NCBI GenBank assembly: GCA_001804865.1
Contig: MHBK01000045.1
Span: 43,946-107,945 of the forward strand
Direction: 5' to 3'
Origin: Lentisphaerae bacterium GWF2_57_35
GTDB lineage: Bacteria > Verrucomicrobiota > Kiritimatiellia > CAIQIC01 > GWF2-57-35
Length of the DNA stretch: 64,000 bases
Notes under the pieces: model-generated
Seen by the model: the letters and a program-made list of their open reading frames with translations, nothing else
The model's database searches: none
What the model was told of the DNA's origin: nothing
Part shown: piece after piece, positions 29,901 through 38,900 of the stretch
How positions within the stretch are numbered: the stretch's first letter is position 1
Layout of the letters: every line of letters starts with the position of its first letter
Program-made: the position numbers and the translations under genes

Positions 29901-32900
29901 AGTTAATTGTATTACCGTATAGGCCAAACGCTTCGCCCAACACGTCGCTGCCTACCCGATTGAGGGTCGTTCCATTGTACCAGGCGATCGCGTCGCACGT
30001 ATACGTCATGCTGCCCACCCCGCGCGACAGCACCGTGTTCGAAGCGTTGAAATTCCAGTTGGCGATCAAGTTGGTGGCCAGGGCGTTGGTTCCGATGCGC
30101 ACGTTGCCGCGGTAAATGGCCAGGAGTTCGTCGCCCATCAAAGGCCTCGCATCGTCGTCGTCCTGCACATAAAACTGCAGGGTGGTGTTGACCGACAGCG
30201 CCCGGCGGTACGGCACGGCGTCCGCGCCGTTGGGCGCGTTGAAACTGCCGCCGTCGTCGTTGAGGTTTTCCGCCGTGACGGACAGATAGAAGGTATCGTT
30301 GACGACCGCGTTGGTGATGTTGAAGGCGCTGTGTACGTAGGTCGTCACGGTGTTTGCCCCGTTGGCGCCGACGAAATTGGTGAAGAAAGCGTCATAGCCG
30401 ATTTCCGTGGAGACCGAGCCGGCCTTCCGGATGGGGTCCCAATTCGGGCTGACCGGGCCGTTGCGCGAGCTGATGTTGAGCGCGCCGTTGGCGTTGGTCA
30501 CCCAAATGCCATAGACGTTTTCCCAGAGCACGGCGAAGTCCAGGGGTTCCGCTGTATTGTACAACTGTCCATCCGTGATCGTAATGTCCGTTAGAGAACC
30601 TTGCGGATTATTGGCGGCGACATAATTCGTGCCCACATACAGCAGCCGCGGGATCGGCCCTTGAATCATCGCGTCGGCTTGCGCTTCGCCTTCCCGGCGC
30701 GTCACTTCATACCAGTTGGTTCCAACGCGGACCTCGTCGAAGTAGACATTGCCGATCATATTGTCGTTGTCGCTATCCACGCCGCCCTTGAGCCGAATCC
30801 CCGTGATCCGGTCGATATGGCCTTCCTCCAGCGTCGTGGTCACATCCCAATAGCCGTTCGGCTCTTCCGCAACGCACTCATTCGTGGCGTAGACATTGGC
30901 GCTCAAGCGCCGTGTGTCAAAATCGTAGCAGCCAACGAACAGGTAATCGTGGCCGGTCCCGTTGGACACTTCGTGCGCGGAATTGGTATCCGGTGTGCCG
31001 CCCATCCAACGCAAGCCCATGACGGCGGCGCCGGGGACCTTGCCGATGAAGGCCTTCTCCTGATTGTTCGACATGAGGTACAACCCGGCGTAGGCGCTGT
31101 TGGCGCCGCCGGCATGGTCGAAATTCTGCATCCAGGAGAAGTAGACCTTGCCGCTGGTGAAGTTCGTCTCGAACGCGCGCGACGCGTAGTGACCGGAGCC
31201 ATTGACCGTCGCCACCAGCTTGATCTTGTGTCCCTGGGGCGTCGGACAGCTCCATTGGTTGGCCCCGAAGCTGCCGCTGTCGTAGATATGGTTGTCGTCG
31301 TTGTCGCATTGCCAGGTGTTGGCGCCCCACCCGTAGCCGCCGCCCTGCAGGTACAATCGCCCGCTCGCGCTGGGGAACCAGTCGTAAATGACCTTGCGAG
31401 GAGGGTTGCACACCCCTTCCCAACTGGTCGCAACGCGGATTTCGTCGAACTGCACATCGCCCACGGTCCCGCAGCCGCCGCTGGACCCGGCCTTGAGGCG
31501 CACGCCGTTGGCCGTGGTTAGATACCCCTCGGACAGGGTCCGGCTGACCGCCCAGGAAGGCTCGTTGGCCGGAACCTGGTTGGTGCGGTAGTAGGCGAGG
31601 GCGGAAAGTTCCCGGGTGCTGAAATTGTATTTCATGATCACCAGATACACATTGCCCGTGTCGCCGCCCGTGCCGGCGTTGGGCACCAACTCGTAATCGG
31701 CGGAGAGCGTTTGCGAGCTTTCGGCTTCCAGCCCAAACCGCGACTCCAGCGAGGCGTTCCACGGTTTGCCCACGAAGGCCTTGCTGTCGGCGTTGTTCAC
31801 CAGCTCGATGCCGGCCCATTTCTGCACGCCTTTGTACTGGTAGGTCATGAGCGCGCTGACATAGAGGCTGCCCCCGCTGACCGGCGCGAAATGCCGGACG
31901 GCCGACGATTCCGTCCCTTCGTCCGGCGCGCTGACGCGCACGCGATTGGCTCGGTTGGACGGATACCAGGGCATGTTCGGGAACCCGGGCGAGGCGCTCA
32001 GATTGGTGATGCTCCACGCGCCGTTGGCCACCGACCAGGCATCGGCCCAGTTGCCCGCGCTGTTCAAGCCGGCCAGGGAAACCCCGTTGGTATAGGCGAA
32101 GGGCTCGGTTACCACGGCGTCATAGGCGTCCAACGCGACCTGGCGGGGGAGGCCCGCGGAGTAGTAGGAAGAGACCACGGTGTAGAACATGTAGTAGTGC
32201 GTCTGGCCCGGCGCCACGACATGTTCGTAATTCGCAAAGCCTGACGCTCCGGTCCAAAGCACCTCGCCGCCGCCGCAAGCATCCCCAACCCCATAGGCCT
32301 GACCCGGCGTCGGCGCCGTCAAGGGAGCGCCTGCGCGATGAACGATCATCAGGTTGGTATACGTCGAATTCGGATTCCAAGTCAAACGGGTCAACTCGTT
32401 ACCGTCTCCGACCACCGACGCGGAGTTCGGTTCGGGTGGGGAGGTCAGCGTCAAAACGACCGCCGCCGTCCGCGGGCTGTTCGAAGCGGCGGCGTCCGTC
32501 ACGGTAATCAGGCCCGTGTACGAACCGGCAGCCATGCCCGAAACTTGATAGGAAACCGTGTGTTGTTGTCCGGCCAGCCGACTCAGGAGACCCGTGACCG
32601 GGCTGACCGTCAGCCAGGTTGCATTCGTGGTCACGGCGTACGAAAGCGTTCCATAGCCCACATTGGTTACCGCAAAACTTGAAGTCGGGACGGCAAGCCC
32701 CAGCATGCAGCTTTGAACGATCGAGGTGGGCATTTGAATGCCCGGCCAGTCGCCGACGCCCTGCAGGGCCAACGTGTATGGGCTCATGTCGGTCACATTG
32801 TTGGTGATGTAGAGCGTGGCCGAACGCGGGCCCACCGCCGAAGGATCGAACCGCACCTGGAAGGTGGTAGTGGAAGAGATCGCCACCGAGGCGGCTGGTT

Positions 32901-35900
32901 GCTCCGTCACCGTGAAGTCCGCGGCGTGAGCTCCCCCCATGGCCACGGCCGCCAGCGTCAGGGCCTCGTCGCCCTGGTTCGTGACCGTGAAGGTGCGCGT
33001 CAGCGAACCGCCGAGGTCCACATGCAAAGCGCCATAATCCGTGCCGTCCGCTTCAGAGGGCGTCGCGTCGCCGCGGAAAATGCTCGCGCCGTTCGTGCCC
33101 AGCACCATGATGTCGGGGCCGGTTCCCGGAGTATAATTCAGCACCAGATTGCTGCCGTCGAGCGCCAGACTGAACGTGCCGCCGCCCCGAGGCAGGGCCC
33201 AATACGTGAGATCCAACGCCAAGTTGTCGAGGGAAGAGACGCCGCCTTGGATGAGGATCCAACTGTAGCTTTGATTGCTGTCCCAATTCGACGCCGCCGA
33301 ACTGTCCGGATAAACCTTCACCGTGGCCGCGATCGAGGCCGCTCCGTCGTTGAGGATGAAGTCGCGGTCGGTCGCGTCCGTGCAATCCCCCAGCTTGAAC
33401 CGGAACGCCGAGCCGTTGTTCATGGTCAGCGAAGCCGCATGCAGGCAGCCGATATCTGTTGCGCTCGCGCCCGGCCATACCGTGCCGGACGCCGTCACGG
33501 CCGCCGCCTGACCCGCGCCCATCAGCGTGCCGCCGGCGGAGACCGTCACGGGCGCCACGATGTTCGTGCCGTTTTGAATCAGCGTGCCGGCCGTGATGGT
33601 CGTGCCGCCGCTGTTGGTGCTGGTTCCGCTTAGAATTAAGATGCCCGCGTCGATCTTGCTCACCGCGCCCGTGGACAGCCAACTGAGCGAACTCTCGATC
33701 CGGACGGTCCCATTGCCGCAGCTCTCGAGGTTGAATCCATAGCCGGTAATCGTGTTGGTCAGCGTCAGCATGTCCGCCTGGGAACCGATGCGCGTATGAG
33801 CCGTCAGAGCAATCGGGCCACTAAAAAGATTGTTGCCGAAGGCGTTGACCAGCGCTCCGATGTTCCCATATCCGTCACCTCGCAAGGTCAGCGGTTCCGG
33901 CAGCGTAACCATGCCTCCGCCCATTTTCAAACTGCAGCCATTCGTGACCACGGTCCCGGATGAGGTCAATCCCAGGGCGCTGGGATGAGTAAGGGTCAGG
34001 ACACCTCCCTTGATCGAGGTAATCCCCGAATAGTTATTGCTCCCCGAGAAAACAGCTTCACCAGCAGCTTCCTTCCACACCGCACCGGAACCGCTCAGAG
34101 GGCCTGCCAGGGTCCCCGGTTCTACCTGCCAAATGGAGAGGATCGAATTGTTCGTGATCCACCCCGGAAGGCCGCAGGTTCCACTGTAAAGAATGCCGGC
34201 TGAAACAATGGCGCCGCCTTCGTAAGTATTGGTTCCCAGGAACCACATCCAAGCCGTCCCTGCCTTACCCAATCCGCCATTGGTGATCGAATTTTTGATG
34301 GTTACATCTTTGGCAGCGGTTATCGTACGGAAACCGCCATGGAGATCGACCGGCCCGTTCAAGACCGTGACCCCGGGATTACTCCCGCCCAACTGGATGT
34401 TGCCATTAATCTGCACCGCCTTGTCGCAATTCAGTGCGGCCCCAGAACCCCGCGCCCGGTAGATGACGCCGTCTTCCAGGATCAAGACGCCGCCGACCGG
34501 CAAGGCAGCGGAGTCGTAGTGTCCTAAGCTGCCTTGAACAATATGAATGCTCCCTACCAGGGTGCTGTACCCGTAAATCTGCAGGTACCCCGCTCCGGTC
34601 TTGTAGATCGCGCCATCTCCATCCGTTTTGTAGGCATCGGCGATGACGGTCGCCGTTTCCATCGCAAAAGAGTTTTCCGAATTCAAATAGAGCGTGTGCC
34701 CATTCAAGTCGAACGATCCGCCATTCATATAGACCGTAACGCCGTCAACGCGAAACATGGCATTCGTGAAGAGAGAGACGTTTCCATACCAACGAGCCGC
34801 GTTGTTATTCGCAAGCCGGACGGCGCCTCGGTTCATGGTGTTTGTTCCATACACCAAAATCGACACAGGCCCCACGCCTGAATAAGCCGCGCCACTATTA
34901 AACAGCTCCAACTGGGCGTTCGTGCCAATATTTACCACATTCGGGCCATAGCCATTGGTATGGCAATAAAGGGTTCCTTCATCGACCCAAAGTCCCCCGG
35001 TATATGCACCGGGCTTCATCAGCCGCACCGGTCCCGCTCCCTGCTTCCTCAACCCGCCCGCTCCGCTGATGGGGGCTGACACGGTCAAGCTCTGCGCCGA
35101 GGCATTGCGCCACGCCTGGGTCGCGCCCAAAACTACATTGGCGCCGATCGTATGCGCAGCGCCGGCCCCCGAATCGACCACGATGCCCTGTTCGTTGATC
35201 GTCAGCGTATTGCTGCGGATGTTCAGCGCCGTATCGGCGTCGTCGTTGAACGTCAAGCCCGCCACCGTGCGATCGCCGTTAAGGTTGATGTTCGTGCCGG
35301 AAGCCAGACTCGCATAGAAAGCGGCATTCGACGAGGCGGCAGGCGTCACGTTGCCGATCCAATTCTCCGGGGTGTCCCACAACGAATTAACGCCTTCGCC
35401 GTCCCAGATCGCCTGAGCGGGCGGAGGGGGCGAAAAGACGAGCTTGAGACTTCCGGACTCTTCGATCATCGTGAACTGGCCGCCATCCAGGGACGAGGCG
35501 AAATCCGCGGTCGAGATGGAAAACTTGTTGCTGGCAAAGCCGCTGATGGAACCACTGGCGACCACCAGGGTATTCGTGTAACCAACCGTGGCGTCAAACA
35601 CGGGGCTGCCCTTCAAGGCAATCACAAAATCAGAACCGTCGACGGCATTGATGGCGACGGCCCCGCCGGCATCGAGCAGATCCCAATCCGCGCCGGCCGT
35701 GCCGGTCATGGAGGAAATATCCACCTGCAAGATGCCGTTGTTCTGCAAATTGACCGCGCCCGCCGTCAGCTTGCCGGCCGTATTGGACGCCCTGCCCGCG
35801 CTGACTTGGCCGGTAATCGTCAAATTTCCCACCCGCCCCACACCGTAGAGAAACGCGCCCCCATTGACCGTGACGGCCGAACTGGCGTTTGTGCCGTTTT

Positions 35901-38900
35901 GGATAAGCACGCCCCCGCCGACCGTCGTGGCGCCCGTATTCGTGCTTGTGCCGGTAAAAATCTGCGTGCTTTCTCCGAGTTTCATCAATCCAACGGAGCT
36001 GACCCCGTCCGCGATGACGCCGCTGAATGTCGTCGTGCCGCTGAGAGCGCTCAGCGTCAGGGTAACGGAAGCTGCTGTCGCGTTGTTGTTCACCACCCCA
36101 CCGCTGCCGCCGTAATCCGCCAACGAGGCCACCGTTTGGACGACGCCGTTCAGATCCAAGACGGCGCCGCCGGCAATCGAAACCGGAGTGTTGGTTGGAA
36201 GGCCATTAACTAATCTTAGGAACGAAATCAAAACATTGTCGATGCAGGAAGTTCTGTCCGCAACGTTGTTCGTTCCTAGAATGGTAATCGTGTGAGCACC
36301 GGCGTTGGCAAGGTATACGGTTCCCGTATACGATGACCAGGCTACGGAAGAGGGCGGCGCCCAGGCAAGGATTTCGCTTCCGTCCACCTGCAACTTCATC
36401 TGGTTTGGACCTAACCCGCCTCCACGCGAGACGGAGGAAAACGTGATGGCATATTGTCCGGGAGCGGACGACGTTACGACCTGAGAAATATTGCACGCCC
36501 GCTTGAAGAACGCTCCCTGTATCCCATCCGGTGCTGCAGGAGTATACCACGGAGACGAGTTTCTGGCGATGCCCGCCCATGCACTGCTGAATGTCCAACC
36601 ATACCCGACAGGCGCCACGGTTGTATAAAACGGGCTTGCAGTCTGTGGAGGAACCTCGAAACTGCTATTCGACACCGTGACGATCCCCACTTCACCGCCC
36701 AGCCGCAAGGTGCCGGCCTGGACCAGGGTCGCCCCCTCGTAGACGTTCGCGCTCAAGAGTTCCAGCACGCCTGAGCCCTGCTTGGTCAGCGAATGCGTGC
36801 CGGAGATCACCCCGCTGACCTTAAGAGCCGCCGTCGAGTCGTTGGTCCAACTCTGGTCCGAACCTAACGACACGTCGCTGGCGATGACATGCGCGCCGTC
36901 CGCGCCGGCGGCCATCGCGATGCCTTGTCCATTGATCGTCAGCGTATTGCTGGAAATGGTCACCGCCGAGTCTGCGTTGTCGTTGAAGGTCAAGCCCGCC
37001 ACAGTGCGGTCGCCATTGAGGTAGATGTTGGCGCCGGAAGCTATGCCGGTGTAAAACAAGATATTAGAGGAAGCCGGGGGAACCTCATCCCCCATCCAGT
37101 TCATAACCGTGTCCCACAAGGAGTCGGCGCCGCCGCCATCCCAGACGGCTTGCACAGTTTCAACATAAGGGGCGAAAACGATGCGGAGATTGCCTTCCGA
37201 CTCGTTAACGATAAAGGTTCCGCCATCCAGCGCCGGCGTAAACTCATCGGTGTCGATCGTGAACTTGTTGGTAGCAAAGCCGCTGTTGGAGGCGCTGCTG
37301 ATAATCGTGTTGGTATAGCCCACGCTGCTGTCAAACGTGGGATTGCCTTTCAAGGCGACGACAAAGTCGCTGCCGTCCGCGGCGTTGACCGCGATATCTC
37401 CGGTGGCGTCCACCAGATCCCAATCGGTTCCGGCCGTACCGGTCATGGCGGAGAGGTCGACTTGCAGGCGTCCGTTGTTTTGCAAATTCACGGCGGCCGC
37501 AACCAGATTGCCGACCGTATTGGAAGCGCTGCCCGCGCTGGCCTCTCCGGCGAGGGTGAGCGCTGCGACCTGGCCCGATCCATAAAGAAAAGCGCCGCTG
37601 TTGACGGTCACGGCCGAGTTGGCGTTGGTGCCGTTTTGAATCAGCGTGCCGGCGCTGACGGTCGTGTTGCCGCCGTGCGTGTTGGCGCCGGTGAGCGTCA
37701 GCGTACCCGTGCCCTGCTTGACCAATACCCCGCCCGCGCCGCTCATCACGCCGCCGAAGGCGGTCGAAGAATTATCCCCGCCGGCGGTCAGGGTCGAGTT
37801 GCCCATCGTGATCGATCCGTCGCCGGCGATGGAGCCGACCGTGTCGCTGCCGGCCGCCAGGTCCAACGTGGCGCCGCTGGAAACCGTCACGGCGCTGTTG
37901 TCCGAAAGACCGTTCGGGGCGGTCAGCTGAAGGAGGCCCTCGCTGATGGCGGTGGCGCCCGACCAGGTGCGCGTGGCGGACATGTTATTGAGCGTGAGCG
38001 TGCCGGGGCCGTCCTTGGTCAAGGTCGCGGCGCCCGTCGGAAGATCGCCCCAGATATCGACGGTTCCCGCGCCGCCCACGGTCAATCCGAGGCCGGCGCC
38101 GGAAATATCCGCATCGGCCCCCAGTTGCAGCGTCCCGCTGTCCGAGTTGATCCGCACGGCGCTACTCAAAGTAATGGGACCGGCAAAGGTGTTGTTCCCG
38201 CTGATGTTGCGTAGCGCGCCGCCGTTGCTCTGGCCGGCGCCGTCGAGCGTCAGCGATTCGTCGCCGGAGGGCGAGATGCCGCCGATCAACTCCAGCGCGG
38301 CGCCGCTGCGGACTTCGGTGTCGCCGTTGATCCACCCCAGGCCCCACTGATGGGCGATGCGCAAGACGCCGTTGGACACAATGGCGACGGAGTCGTAGTT
38401 GTTGAGGCCCGAGAGAATCAGCATCCCGACGCCGTCCTTGATCAAGCCGCCGTTGGAAATCTCGCCGCTGACGGTGTTGGTGTTGTCGCAACGAATCGTG
38501 CGCAGGCCGCCGCCCAGGCTGACGGCATTGGTCAGACTCAGCGCACCATTGTAAGAACTCGCCGCGCCCAACGTGATCTGGCCGTTGATCGTCATGGGCT
38601 TGCTCAGGGTGCGCCCGTCCGCTCCGTCGGACTGAATCGTCGTTCCGTCCGCCATGCTGAACGCGCCGCCGCCGCCCATCGTGCCCGTCGCGATTCGAAT
38701 CGTTCCCTGGTTGAGCGTAATCCCGCCGTCCAGCGAAGGGTCCGGACGAAGCGTGAAGACCGCCGAACCGGACTTGTGCAGGGCGCCGTCCCCGGCGGTC
38801 TTCGAGCCCGTCATGGCTCCGGCCGTCATGTAAACGTCAATCGTATTGGTGACATACAGGGTATACGCGCCCGCGGCCACCGCGCCTCTTGTATCCAGGC

